Source of the DNA: Perkinsus chesapeaki ATCC PRA-425
Lineage: Eukaryota > Protista > Perkinsozoa
Reading direction: 5' to 3'
Length of the DNA: 38,381 nt
Assembly (NCBI GenBank): GCA_013115145.1
Contig: JAAPAO010000336.1
Location: 1 to 38,381 of the forward strand
Under the pieces are notes generated by a model. The model searched no databases and was not told where the DNA came from. It saw only the letters and a list, made by a program, of their open reading frames with translations. A program made the position numbers and the translations under genes. Positions 19,640 to 31,739 of this stretch are shown here, in pieces (position 1 is the first letter of the stretch; each line of letters starts with the position of its first letter).

Positions 19640-20700
19640 TGTGTGCAGCTTTTACCAAAGTCTTTTCGATCGAACATGGATGGTGAAACGGTTGATCGAT
19701 TTGGACATGCCAGATTCACATGTCTAATCACACGTTATAATAAGATGTATGCTGATCCGTTAAATTTTTGAGCTACTTCAAATTCGCTTGAAGTTGTCTT
19801 ACTTTTGATACTGGGAGGGTTGATAGTATGAGTCTTTGAAAACTGAAGTCCAACAACAAACGGCTGTTGTCAGTTACCCTGACGGGCTGAGCTTATGTGG
19901 AGATCTTGCCGCTGGTCCTAGTCCTCTAGGTCACACTGATAAGGATCCTCTTTTACTGCTCAAACGTAGCGGAGCGAAGCAGCAAGTTTTGGCCGGCGGC
20001 CAACGATAATTGTAATCCTTTCATATCTATTGTCACAACGAACGCGTGATGTGTTCTCAAAAATGCGACCAGAATTCTCATTTGACACTGGTCATAAGAA
20101 GCTGTCGTTTGTGATAAGTTGCGTAGTCGTGCTCCCCTTTACTTGAGCTTTTGTACAGATTTGATGTACCCAATAGAATCGTTACTAAGTTAACAACATT
20201 GTAAGATATTTGATCAGCAATCCCAACGAAGGCGACTTGGCTCGCTCTGCTGGGGCACATCGTCCCTACGGCAAAAGGCTTCTCGCCGCTGCCTCTTTGT
20301 ATACAGTACATACGTGGTTTTGTCGCAGCGACGGTCCCCACAGTTGGTGTCGTTGGGCGATGATGATTGTGATAGCTAAACTGTTTTCACTATCTTATAT
20401 TACTCTCATATTATTCTGCGGTATGCTCGAATGTGATGATGATCTCCGAGGTAGATCGCCACTGAGGACGGTTATGTTGAAAATGATTGGAGCTTGAGCA
20501 GGAGTGTTGCGTTGTTTGTCGGTGCTGGTGGTTCACAGCGATGAGATATCCAGTAGAGCCCAAATGGTGCCAAAAATAAGGACTAGCGATTACGATACGC
20601 CGCCTGGAGCGATGTAGAGTGCGGCGCAGTTGACGTGTGCAACGTTTTACGACAGTCGGGCGGAATCTAGGTATACAGTGTGTTGAACACGATCCACAAC
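19640..20700 (+). pseudogene. Degraded multi-exon gene of unknown family
   Basis: Protein-like frames such as YESLKTEVQQQTAVVSYPDGLSLCGDLAAG and EDGYVENDWSLSRSVALFVGAGGSQR*DIQ*SPNGAKNKD*RLRYAAWSD contain several stops. Confidence 0.3.
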
Positions 20701-21559
20701 GGGCTCAGAAAATCGCACGTTTAATGGTCAGAGTAGTAATGTTCGAAGGTTGTCTTTCCGATGCCCGGCAATGCTGCTGCTTCAATCCATAGTTGCTGCC
20801 CATTGGAGACGATACCTACTGATGTTCTTAATCTTGTAATAAGGGATACACGTCACTGCTAGGGGGCGAGTGTTGTTTATTCTATCCCCCGGTGACAACT
20901 TCATCACTACTGAGAAATTGCTTGTATGAATAAAGCGGCCTAAATTTGGCGTGAAGGAAAACTGTGACGAGTCTGTGAGCCTGTAATCTGAAAAGTTAGT
21001 ATCCTTCGCAGAAGGGTCGAGAGCTTGTCACTTTCGCAAATCGAAGATACTTTTTGTGCGCTTCGGAACTAGTAGACCTACAGGATGATATTGAATATTG
21101 CAGGATTAACTTTTTCATTGAAGTATAATTCCTTCAGCGTCTGACTCTTGTCCTAACATGCTGGAATCCCACGAACGGTCTTGGTTTTAGATTATGCGGT
21201 TTCTATCTGTGCGGGATTTGGGATGGGCGCTTCCGCTCACCAGCACTGGCATGCACGCCATATGCAGCAGAATGACGCCCTTTATCTGGTCCGAAACTAC
21301 GTATACTAGTATAATGGAAACTGGATCAGATGAAGGTGCTTCATATAAGGTGATTAACATGGCAGCCGAGAGATCTTTTTGCGGACATAGTATACGTACG
21401 AAACGCTTTATAAATTGGTCACATTCCGACCGTTACGATGAATACCCGTAGATCGGCAGTCAAAGTTATTCAGAGTACGGAATCGCGGTGTGGTTCTCAG
21501 CGCGGGAGACATCTCGACGGGCTTTTCTGGAAGACGAGATGCCAAGAAAGTGAGCAGGG

Positions 21560-22620
21560 TATCGGCCATATCATATCACAGGAGTGTCACTAATACGACG
21601 TTGGATTCTTTAAGACACGAAGCGGTCGAATGTGTTTTGAGATTTTCGTTAAACATCACTTTTACGGATTCTATTTTCTCAGCTCAAAGTAAATGCCGAG
21701 CAATTGCTAGTTTTGTGAACAGTCGTTCGAGAAAATGCTTCTGCGGTAGATTCTAGTTGTCGCAATTCAGTACTTACCGATGCACCGACGAGACTCATTG
21801 GCCGGATAGAGCCGGGGTGTCATGAAGATGAAGTTTTATGCGTGGCAATGTGTCATACCGGACCTCCGGGACATACGATAGTGGCCACGGTCTGTAGGTA
21901 AGCGGAGGGAAAGCTTGCTGCCACCCGCTAGGGAGCGGTGAATTTTATTGGCTCATTTTGGGGCTCATGCCGACGGTTGCCGTTCAATCTTCAGCATTCT
22001 TTGGGTATTCGGTAATACCGAATCGGTATGAGCCACCGGTTACCATGCGTGTGATCCGTGGGAGTGCAGAATACCAGCTGGGCATTCGTCCCAATCGCTT
22101 TGCTGAAGAATAGTTATGTTTCCGGTGGTAAGTTACCACGCAGAGGTTCGGCTTGATAAAGCAGGATCCGCACAAGATGATTCTTATCTTGTTCCAAGAG
22201 AACTGTAGCCACAGGTCGTTGTGGTCTAGTATAATTTGTACTTCTGGAGCCTCGTTTTCTTCTGTATCATTTGGAAGAGGCTCAAGTAACTGGCGTAGTC
22301 AGGGTTGGACTTCCCATAATGCAATTCAATCCCACAGCCCCATTCCGAACCGCCCATATACGGCTGTTTGCACAGTCTTTCTCTCCTTTGCACCATGGAA
22401 ATTCCACGTGTCTCATGTGGAAGCACACTTGTCATCATAGTGATGACATCACTTGGGTTGGGAATGCCTTGTGGAGGGTTTCGAAAAACCGTTTTTCAAG
22501 TAATAGGCTCACATTAATCTCCGGTATTTCTTACTGTGGGTGCATAACAAAACCCGCCAGCCCAGGGTTCGTGCTGGAAGCAGATGTTGTAATTGATTAG
22601 GATAAAAATTGTTTCAAACA
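21560..22620 (-). pseudogene. Degraded multi-exon gene of unknown family
   Basis: Exon-like segments ending in GTAAG/GTAAC donors (TILQQSDWDECPAGILHSHG; RPWPLSYVPEVRYDTLPRIKLHLHDTPALSGQ*VSS), plus HFLERLFTKLAIARHLL*AEKIESVK, contain in-frame TGA. Confidence 0.35.
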
Positions 22621-23599
22621 CGATGACATGGATGATCCACTTGACGGCAATATAGCTAATGGGCTTCACTTCACCAAATTATTTATTGACGATAAAGCTT
22701 AGTTACTTGCTGGAGAGACTTCGACCTACTCGCACTAAAATCAGCCTGTCGTAGAGACAGGCTGAACATAACGACGGTGTCGTTATGTTAATTATTGACA
22801 GTTGATACGAAGTCTCATCACCAGACTCTCATGAATGCTTACTCGATATCAAGTAACACTGGTATTTATAATAGTTTGAATTATTCATAATAATTCATTC
22901 TCTCACGAACGAAGTTGAGCGAATGTAATCTACCAGGTGATAGCATATTTGACTCTGACGGATAGCGATCAGGCGAACAAGAGTTGTTAAGCTGTTTCAC
23001 CAGTTTTATAAGTCTATTGCGTTCATAGCTCCCGCCCCGCCGGTTGTCTGGCTCCCCGGTGAGTCACTATGGAACAGTTCCGGTGGAACCGAGATTCCCG
23101 ATCGTGGCCCACGATTTGTGGGTACCGTTTACTCTGCCTTTTATTTCTCACGCTGAATCCATGCTGATCAGAGGGATGGATGTTCCTATCAAACGCCCCG
23201 TGGAAAAACAGTGAACTACGCCAGTTCAGTGATTTCCACGGGACGTTTGATAGGGCTATAGCATGTGCCATAGCTCTGCTGGTTTGATCATCAAACTTTG
23301 ATGCTCGTATGATACGAGTCGTATCCCTCGTTTGACGTTGTTGTATAAATTTTTTTTAAACTTTAAAATCTATAGTCTCCATTTTACAATGTAGTATGCG
23401 CGACGTTCAACCTTTCAGGGATAAATACGCACGGTTGTTCTCGCTGACGGCTTCGAGTCATGATAGAGCCTTGCAAATTAAAATGGAGTGGTCTCACCAA
23501 TTCCAGGATGTCCCCTGTAGGGTGTCATTCAGCGATGGTAGGGCGCCTCCTGTTCCAGTACGAAGCAGCTTGTAGACGGTTCCTACTTCCTGCTCTGTA

Positions 23600-25714
23600 C
23601 CGAGGCTATGTACGGAAGTGTTTGGGACCAGCGATCAAAAACATACTGCTTCAAAAGTGGGCATGACAACGGCGCATGTTCTCACTTTCAAGTCTTCGCT
23701 AGTGGTAGTTGATGAAGCGGGCACGATGTCACCCGAGTTGGTTTGCGAACGGAAGAATGCGCCTTTCGATTTGGGCGCTGAGTGGATCCGTGCAAAGTCG
23801 CCTGATGGTAATCATCTTTTCGTCAGCGGCGAAGTAATTTAGGGTCAAATAGTCGAGCAAAAGGAGTCTCCTGCTTAGAGAGTAGCCCTTTCCGCCGCTA
23901 ACCCATACCAGGCATTGTGTGTTTGGGCTGTCCCCCAAGATGGCGAAGTCCCTGAGGAGGTTCCGAGAGGTATGCCGGTCAGCCGCGGACTCTCCTGGCA
24001 GATGCATACTCCTCAGTCACAATTCGAATTGACCTGGTCGAAGGTGGCATGGCACACCTTTTGAGAGTGCATACTTCGGAAAGCGGGTGAGACGCCTCCT
24101 ACAGCAGTGGGTCCTACAGCTCTTCGGTACAGCTATTGCCGACTCGCTTTGAGCTGCTCATCGGGGCAGGCTTCTCCCCTGGCCGACAAGGTCCGAGTTA
24201 TCACGTTCGACTTGCGGATGACAAAGAAGAGTCGAGTGTAGGTGCCACCTACTAGGTGAATCACGAGTTCGCCCGCAACGCTCGAAAAGGTTTATCCTTT
24301 ATATAACACAGTTTTGGCTTGAGCTCCGAACTTTGACGTATTGGTTTGGCGGAGACACACTCCTAAAGCTCCCATTTGAATCGACAAAGCCGAGTCATAT
24401 AGCTATGCCTCCGCCGGAGGCCCTTCGGTACCGTTCTAAGTTCCGATATGTCAGATCACTCTTGTGTCAATCGTAAAGTGAGTGCTCCAACTCACCACCT
24501 TTGTTAGGGCTCGCATTATAGAGGTGCCACCGATGGTATCATCGGTTTCGTGTGGAGGAGCCATAGTCGGCCTCGAGTGGATACCCGATGGCCGAATTTC
24601 AACGCATGTCAGGGATTTTGTAAGATCTACTCGTCATCCTGCGGCTTACCTCCGAGCGCGACCTCCGCTCCTGCGTAATTTCGGATGATGTAACACTTGG
24701 GATCTCCTGTTGCGAACGTCTGTGGCCCAAGGATTCGGGCTTAACCAGTAGTGGCTTCATTCGGAATTACCGTATATTGCACTATTCTAGTATGAATGTC
24801 ATATAACTAATAACCCGGTTGTAGGCTCTGGGATCTATACAAAGGAACTTGACCGTCAAGATTATCAGCTCCGACCCTACAAATGGGTGGATGATCGCGA
24901 CCGAACTACCTGGTGGAAACGCCTACTCCAAAAGAGTGAGGGCAATGCGTCGCGAAGTTGCCGATATGTTAGCAGTCGACTCCGTCCTGGATGCTGATCC
25001 CCGAACAGCACACTTGTTTCGGACACTGGAAGAACGAGTCCTACTTTCGCCAAATGGAGGTTGCGCGAAATTTCTAGATTCCCGTATGGCATCTTTGCAC
25101 GATTTTTATGTTTTCTCGTCAAATGCCAATGGGGCACCTACTCGCTTAACTAGTGTACTAAGTAGCTCCTTAGTCTTTTAAAACTAGTCTACCAGTTAGC
25201 TTATTAAATTAGACTACCCAGCGTTGTGGTAGTTATCGCATTAGCAATCGCATACCGTATTTCTCTCTTATTTGCCGTATTCCTCTCATCCGACTCTACT
25301 CCTCAAGCATCTGTGACCTAGTCTCGGTATCGCGATCAGACCTCGCCTTATTATTTATTCCTGTCATCTTCGCCATGCGGAAGGTTCCTCACTGGCGGCT
25401 GTGAGGCAGGCAATGTACGCCGCGTAACGGGAAGATACTACTATTCCACCTTCAAGGTGTTTCTGTATTCTACACATCCCCAATGCCCCGCACTAGTCCG
25501 CAGACTGCCTCGAGGTCACTCGGAAGTTGTCAGCGGCCTTGCGTGGGGATCGGTATCGGCAACCGACGGAAGTGAAAGGACCATAGTGGCCAGCGCGTGC
25601 GACGATAAATCGGTAGCCTTGGGCGATATCGAATGCCTGGTACTTCGCTCATGTCAGGTTTGCTTCTGGGGGACCTCAGACTGGCCAAAAGTCGACACGC
25701 CTGACCATCTCTAG
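23600..25714 (+). pseudogene. WD40-repeat protein (WDR27-like C-terminus, tentative), degraded
   Basis: SSSPCGRFLTGGCEAGNV-FLY...RGHSEVVSGLAW...IVASACDDKSVALGDIE is a WD40 repeat whose terminal WD has decayed. Upstream VSSVSCGGAIVGLEWIPDGRI is also WD40-like. An in-frame TAG lies at 25319-25321, with others nearby. Confidence 0.65.
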
Positions 25715-25733
25715 TGTGCTGGTTGGAACTTTC

Positions 25734-25783
25734 AAGTAGCTTTGGAAACCTAGGTTTAAAAAATTAGGTTTCCAAAGCTACTT
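25734..25783. repeat. 19-bp perfect inverted repeat with a 12-nt spacer
   Basis: AAGTAGCTTTGGAAACCTA (25734-25752) / TAGGTTTCCAAAGCTACTT (25765-25783). Confidence 0.95.
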
Positions 25784-26539
25784 CTTGCATCTTACTTTTT
25801 TGTCCATTATTGCGCTGAAGCGCGACTACCGTTTGCTGAAATTGCGGAGCTCGCTTCTACTATTTGATCGACTTCGAGGAGTCGCCTCGGAAGTATGATT
25901 CTGTCGTCGTATCACTGGTGCACTTCAACCATGCATGCGGAGCCCTCGGAGCTCCGTCTCAAATTGGTCTCTTGTTCTTCTCATTAAGTTGCGTTGCTCT
26001 TCGCTGAACTATTGCGCAGTTTTGTTTAATGAATCTGCAACTGAGCGATGAGAAAAAGTTCTTCGACTGAAGGTGTTGATATTTCTTGGCGTCACCCCTC
26101 ACGGAGAGATAAACCCCAGCGTTTAAGAGGAGTCCTGACGTGCCTTCTGGTAAGACTAAACGTACTCTCGAGAACTGGTATATCGTTAAAATGCCCCAAC
26201 TGTATGTGATGCGCCCTGCTGAATATCTGTACTAATACTTTGATTTCTTTTTTTTGGGCATTCAACGGAGCCTGAAATTGAGACGTTGTTTTAATCTCTC
26301 TCAAAATAGGCATTACCTACCGGCGACAGGCTGCCGCAGGTAGACTTGCGCAACTCCGTGAAACTGCAACACATCCAAAGTACGGAAGCCAAACCGGAAA
26401 CGTTGTCATTTCTCTGTCATATATTTCCTCAAAGTATTGCAAAGTCCTACCGTGTTGATCGGCGGTGTCATTACTGCTTTCGGTGTGTCAGGCCTGTATA
26501 GTAGCTATATCATATACCATATTTCTTCTGCCTCTAGCA

Positions 26540-26830
26540 TGGCCCCTATTACCTTTGCCAACTAACAGGATCCGCGAACTCTATCGGAGATGGATCATGA
26601 CGGTGAGCTCTCGAATGTTCCTATTACGCGGTCAGTCCTATTAAGTTGGATGAGCTCCGACTGCATCTGGGCACCATACGTTCCAATGACGGAACGCCAA
26701 TGCTTCTCAGTGGAGCTCGGCCACTTTCCATCAACCGCTACGAGGGGAATCCCTGCGAAGTTATTTCTAATGTGCGACAGTAAATCGTGCATAATATGAA
26801 CAGGTTCACCAAAGTAGCTTTGCTTTGTTA
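26540..26830 (-). pseudogene. Fragment resembling the C-terminus of a GDP-fucose O-fucosyltransferase-like glycosyltransferase
   Basis: DLLSHIRNNFAGIPLVAVDG...ELIQLNRTDRVIGTFESSPS*SISDRV resembles the family E..I...A..FIGT..STFS..I..ER motif (recalled pattern). There is an in-frame TGA at 26595-26597. Confidence 0.35.
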
Positions 26831-26989
26831 CTATTGTTGCTGCTCTACAGTCCTCCAAATTGACTTGGAATATCACGTATTTGTGACCATTCTCTGCCAG
26901 ATGTAGCTTTCGAGACATTTAATTCCCTTTTTTTGAAAATTTCAGCTTTTAGGGGAGAATAGCCATCTGCGCAATCATGCACTGTTGTG

Positions 26990-27960
26990 GTATCGTTTGT
27001 GAACAGGTTCAATTGCTTTACTTTGGTTTTGTCGGTGGTCTGGTGGAGATATTCTGTGGTATAAGATTGGTTATCACCGGTAGCGAGGAGCTCCGTGATG
27101 GGTACCTGGAGAGGCCGTTAGTCATTGCTAATGTGAATGATGGGTAGGCGGAAGGAGGGCTGCTGTACGCATGATCTAATTGAAAGGCTGTAATCAAATT
27201 ATGAAATTATCGGGAGTTATTGAGGAGCATCGTATGTGCCCAGAGGGGATGCATCTGACATCCTTTTTCCGCCATATTTGAAAAGAATCAGGCTAAGTTA
27301 GGCGGAGCTCGCTATAGTAGCAAGCCTGTTTTTACACTGTGTAACTTACACAACCTACACAGTTTCGCGTGTTGCTGTTGTGGAACTTCTACGGTAGCAG
27401 AGAAAGTTGCAGTTTGTTAGTAAATGCACAAATTTAAATTTGTGTTGCGACACGTTGTCTACCAAATATTCTCCTCCGCATCCGGAATATCTTCCAGTCC
27501 CTAAGGAATACGTTTCTATGTGGCTGCATGATTGCACGACTATTAATAGCAATTGGTTTCTCCTGTAATTTACGTAACCTATTTTGCGTACCGCCAAATC
27601 GCTTTGATATTACTTCCTTTCAGGCTGGATGCGCTGAGCATGGTATGTCTCTGTTTGAGACTCCGGAGATTATCAACCCTCAAGTTTATAGTTGATGATA
27701 GCTGGCGACGGGTGCCAATAATTGGTTGGGCAATGCAGATGATGTTGTTCCCTTTTGTACGGTCGAAAAACGCCGATGAGAAGTCGCAAAAGGAGGACAG
27801 GAATTCGCTGAGGCAACATATAGAGTAAGACTTCTGGAATCCAGAATCCCGATATAGGCGCGCTTGCAGTGAGTACAGACTCATCTCGCTTGAGACATGC
27901 CTAGCAGGTTTTCCGGTCACAAGACCCTTTATTGTTCAACTCTCCTACCTGAGCTCCTTG
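26990..27960 (+). pseudogene. Lysophospholipid acyltransferase (PlsC/LCLAT1-like), fragmentary
   Basis: GLVEIFCGIRLVITGSEE...ERPLVIAN is followed, after a ~470-nt gap, by RLDALSMVCLCLRLRRLSTLKFIVDDSWRRVPIIGWAMQMMLFPFVRS. The catalytic His of HxxxxD is not recognisable. Confidence 0.7.
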
Positions 27961-28010
27961 TTTCTCGGCGTACAGCCACAGCACAAACCACATGTGAAAT
28001 TATTTAGTTA

Positions 28011-28727
28011 TTGTTGTTGACTTCATCCATGTCAATTCTGAGCGCCAACGACAGCACCGCCTTGGCGGAGATTATGGAGCTCAGGAGCATCTCCGTTCCC
28101 GACCTCCCGGTTAGTGGTTATGACGGTACTCTTGGCTCGAAGCTGGTCCTTCGTGTCCTCAACGTTAAGGCTGCCCCAGAGAAACCAATTCGCTTTACTA
28201 AAACTGTCAACCAGGGCAGTCAGGTAAAGCGGATGGCCGTAGAACAGAGCTACCATCGCTGGCTCCTTACTGGCTGTGTGTTTTCTGGGGAACCGGTGAT
28301 TATCTTATGTCGTAATAGAGATGACAGCGACCTTTTGCTGAAACTCTCACACGACATTTATCCCGGTTGCTTTATCGCGGCTGTTGAGCTTATCGTGGTT
28401 GGATCGTTAGATGATCTTACTCGGCTTATAGAAGTCCGCGACGAGCAATTTCCTGTCGAAACCGCGGAGCAGCTCAATTCACTCCCGAAACAAGTGGAGT
28501 CGGGTACATCCGATAAGATGTACCATTTCCACCTTCCGCGTCTCCAATTGATACATAGTGGTGTCGTTCTGGGACGTTGTCCCGGAACCTTGTGTGATGG
28601 GCAAGTGGAGAAGGGTAAACAGCGTGGCTGTGTGAGTAACAGTAACGCACTCACGAAGTGGTTGATGGAGCTGACTCAGGGTGTACAGCTGTTGCACGAT
28701 AATTATGAGCGAGCGCAATTTACATAA
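28011..28727 (+). CDS. Intronless hypothetical protein (first ATG 28029) with a Cys motif CPGTLCDGQ...GC
   Basis: Open 238-codon frame with globular composition and no splice signals needed. The ORF lacks a clear host-gene family match. Confidence 0.7.
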   Translation: MLLTSSMSILSANDSTALAEIMELRSISVPDLPVSGYDGTLGSKLVLRVLNVKAAPEKPIRFTKTVNQGSQVKRMAVEQSYHRWLLTGCVFSGEPVIILCRNRDDSDLLLKLSHDIYPGCFIAAVELIVVGSLDDLTRLIEVRDEQFPVETAEQLNSLPKQVESGTSDKMYHFHLPRLQLIHSGVVLGRCPGTLCDGQVEKGKQRGCVSNSNALTKWLMELTQGVQLLHDNYERAQFT

Positions 28728-29154
28728 ATTGCTCAGCCTAGCGCTAGTGTAAGTCGGTCGTAGTTTTATTAATAAAAGAGGAAGAGGTCTTTATACTTAT
28801 CTCCAGATAAGCTATTACGTATCTATACCAACCATACGATCGTATAGATTGTGGTACCTACTTTTACTACAACCCCAAATTGTTGGTAATCATTGGTATT
28901 TATATTGTTGGTTATATTTCTCTTGACTTGTGTTATTTATAAGTCAACAAGTACTTGAACACTCAACACAGCCCCTGTAACCTTGAAAGCGCAAAAACCT
29001 TTCTGCGCACCGGAAAGTGTGAAACGGCTGATCGATTTGTAGAGTTATGATGTGTTGAACATCTTGTGAACAAACCTGAAGTGTCGGTGAAGATATAATC
29101 GGTAGAATCTTTCGTATATCAAACAGTACATTTTGTCATTCGGTCTTGTGTGAA

Positions 29155-29464
29155 TGTCTCCAAAAAATTGTGCCTCTTTGAATAACTTTTTCAGGAAGGC
29201 GAATATTTTGGCGACACGTGCGGCATTCGGAAGCCAATTTTACAATTTGCAAGATCTGAGTTCTTCGGAAGAACTTCTTCCCTTAAAACAGATTTTTTGG
29301 AATCTCAATATTTAAATTTATCGTCAACCCCATCGAATATAAGCACGGGTCGTATACCATTAGAAAGTCACTCTCGGGAGCCTTCAAATGCCGCACGTGT
29401 CGTCGAAATATTTGCCTTCCTGGAAAAGTTATTCAGAAGAGCACAATTTTTGGGACACCTTGTA
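29155..29464. mobile_element. Tc1/mariner-like MITE, about 310 bp, with ~77-bp terminal inverted repeats
   Basis: 29155-29233 is the reverse complement of 29381-29457 at roughly 85% identity. The right terminus reads (reverse complement) TA-CAAGGTGTCCCAAAAA, a typical Tc1/mariner end. The left terminus is eroded. Confidence 0.8.
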
Positions 29465-31104
29465 GAATATCAATTTGCAACTTTAGAACAGTTGTGGTTT
29501 GACTTGGTGGGATTCGATTGTTTGGTTACCAAACTTTGGTCTATATCATATCCAACTTGGTTAGGTATCTGGCAGCGTTCAACGATAATGAAGGTATAAC
29601 ATTAGCGGTGTACCCTGAAGCTTATCCTGATAAGGACGAGGAGACGATGCTAGTCGAAGATGCTAGTCCGAAGGGGGACCCCGAGAAACTGAGGTGAGAT
29701 GCTACTGCAGCAGAAACGGGTGAAATCGCAACATTCCAGTTTGCCTTTCGGGAAGTATGAAATAGATCTATGCTAAGGTATACGTTAGCAGTATAGGAAT
29801 GTGTTGATATGAGATACGGAGTGTTGATAATAGTAAAGACATAGTAGGAGAGCAGCGAGCAAAATGTTATGCATTTATTTTAGGGTTATTCTCTATGACT
29901 CCCTGGTCTATACCTCTCTAGCGTTTTTGGGACTTCCAACTGACATTATTAGTGAAATTTTATTCGGAATATATTCTGGCAATCTACTGTAAAATACTAA
30001 TAGTGTTAGTGGCCTATCAAACTGATACATACAGTGCTTGCCTCATGCCCTCTTATCAGGTACACTCGTAAGCCCTGGAGTGGCTTGCTCACCACAGCCA
30101 TTGACGCCCTTCGAACATTTAGTGCTATCGATTGCTGCTTGGATGTCACTACTGCTACGGTCGATTACCAGGTAAATGTGAACATGCCGTCGGATTTAGA
30201 GGATTCCTCCGCAGCCCTTTGAGCGAGCCGATATCAGGAGCATGTTGAAAGGAAGATTTCCTCGCGAGGTAGGACTGAATCGCTTCTAACAACCGTGCCA
30301 ACAAAGCCATTTTTATAATTGTGCACACTGCTGGGTTGCATTGTAAAAATCTACATTACCAAATGTCCCCAGCCCGAGTCGGCTGGATCTTTGTACGTTT
30401 CGAAATCGGGGTGAGGTTGTCCGATTGGTAGGGCTATGTCGTAGTGGTGGTAGCTTGAGATGCCTTCTTGAGTGTCGTAGTGTGAGATGTGTTCTCGATG
30501 TTAGCATCGGTAACTGTGATGGATATAGCGGTCAGTGTCGACTCCGAGCCTGTGGGAGGCTTTCGTGGAGGCGTTCTAGCGGCATTGAGATTCCTTCGCT
30601 GCTGACTTGTCTGCCTTGCCAGATTCACATGTACGTGGCCCGTTACCATTGGTCGGAGGTTCCGAGTCGTCGAGAGCATGTTAAGGATTGGATATCGGAG
30701 AGGTTCGAATTTAAAGAAGAAATGCTGCAGAGGTGACGGGTGGGCGCATCCCCGATCCGCGCGAGAAATCCCCATATGTTTTGGCAATCAATTGCGTGCT
30801 GAAATCACGATGTGAAATGACCGCTCAAAAACTCGCCGATTTGGCTCCAATTTTGCCAGTCCAAGATGGGTAAATATTGTTACTCTACGTATTATCAATG
30901 ATGACTTGGAGTACTCTCCACTGCTAAGGGATGGAGCGTCTAGGCTCTTGGGAGTAAAGAAATGATGTGGCCTCATGTGAATTATCGTAATCGGATTACC
31001 GTATTTACCGTGGCTAATATACAAAATAAAAGGTGGCGTGTACTTATATCTACTGTATGCAATTGTAGGTATAATGGTAAGGGTGCCCTATGGGATATCT
31101 TACC

Positions 31105-31682
31105 AGGTTCTACTCGCCATTAGAAATGCTGCTTAATTCGCCTCGAGAACAGAACCCGTCAGGAAATGGGACGACGAATCAGGAGAGGGGTCCCGAAATG
31201 ATTGAGCAGCAGCCGAGCCGAGGATCATCGATGCCTGACGGGTGGGATGAAGAAGTCATCAGCGTCACCAGCAACACGAGTAAGGGCAGCTTCTGGCCAA
31301 AGAGTCGTCTGGCGTCGTAGGAAGGCGCTTTGGCGCAGGGATGCAATATCGGTCCTAATGCGGAGGAGATACAAATGAAATTTCGTTGGTAACAAGTTCC
31401 TAGACCAGCAGGGAGCATGAGTGTATTCCAGCCGGCAAGATCTTAGGTTTGTGTGTGAGCCTTTGTTTCCGGCAGCGGCATTAGTAAGCGGTTTGGCTCA
31501 CCGAAACGTAGGGAGTACAATCGTTGAGGCCAAAAGGAATGCGAATTTAACTAAATTACCTTTGTGGAGAGAATGCACGTTATTTTATAGGTTCAGTGGT
31601 GGATCAGTTGGACCCTGCAATGTGGTTCACGGAGGGTCCAGGAGAGCCTCCTTTGGAGGAGGTGCTTTCAAAAGAAATGAAG
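31105..31682 (+). CDS. Exons of a hypothetical low-complexity protein (partial, integrity unknown)
   Basis: AG-bounded FYSPLEMLLNSPREQNPSG...KSRLAS, and a later segment ending ...FKRNE before a GTAAG donor. Confidence 0.3.
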
Positions 31683-31739
31683 TAAGTGTCTTAACTCATA
31701 TAGCATATTAATACTTCACCGCGCAACGTAACGTGATTG

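Noticed and set aside
2444-30300. Stop-codon reassignment (as reported in some Amoebophrya and ciliates) explaining the in-frame stops
   Set aside because: The kinase (about 294 aa), the 586-aa ORF and the 316-aa exon contain no internal stops and use TGG/CAA/CAG normally. The ICL TGA aligns to Arg rather than Trp and co-occurs with frameshifts.
30060-30400. Second protein kinase on the minus strand (LGLGTFGNV ... HIYLVID)
   Set aside because: There is no HxD, DFG or APE, the spacing is wrong, and other frames look equally protein-like.
30835-30856. Spliced-leader relics (ATTTTGGCTC here; CATTTTGG..GCTCA near 21950)
   Set aside because: The matches are short, need indels, and are not positioned before a recognisable 5' gene end.
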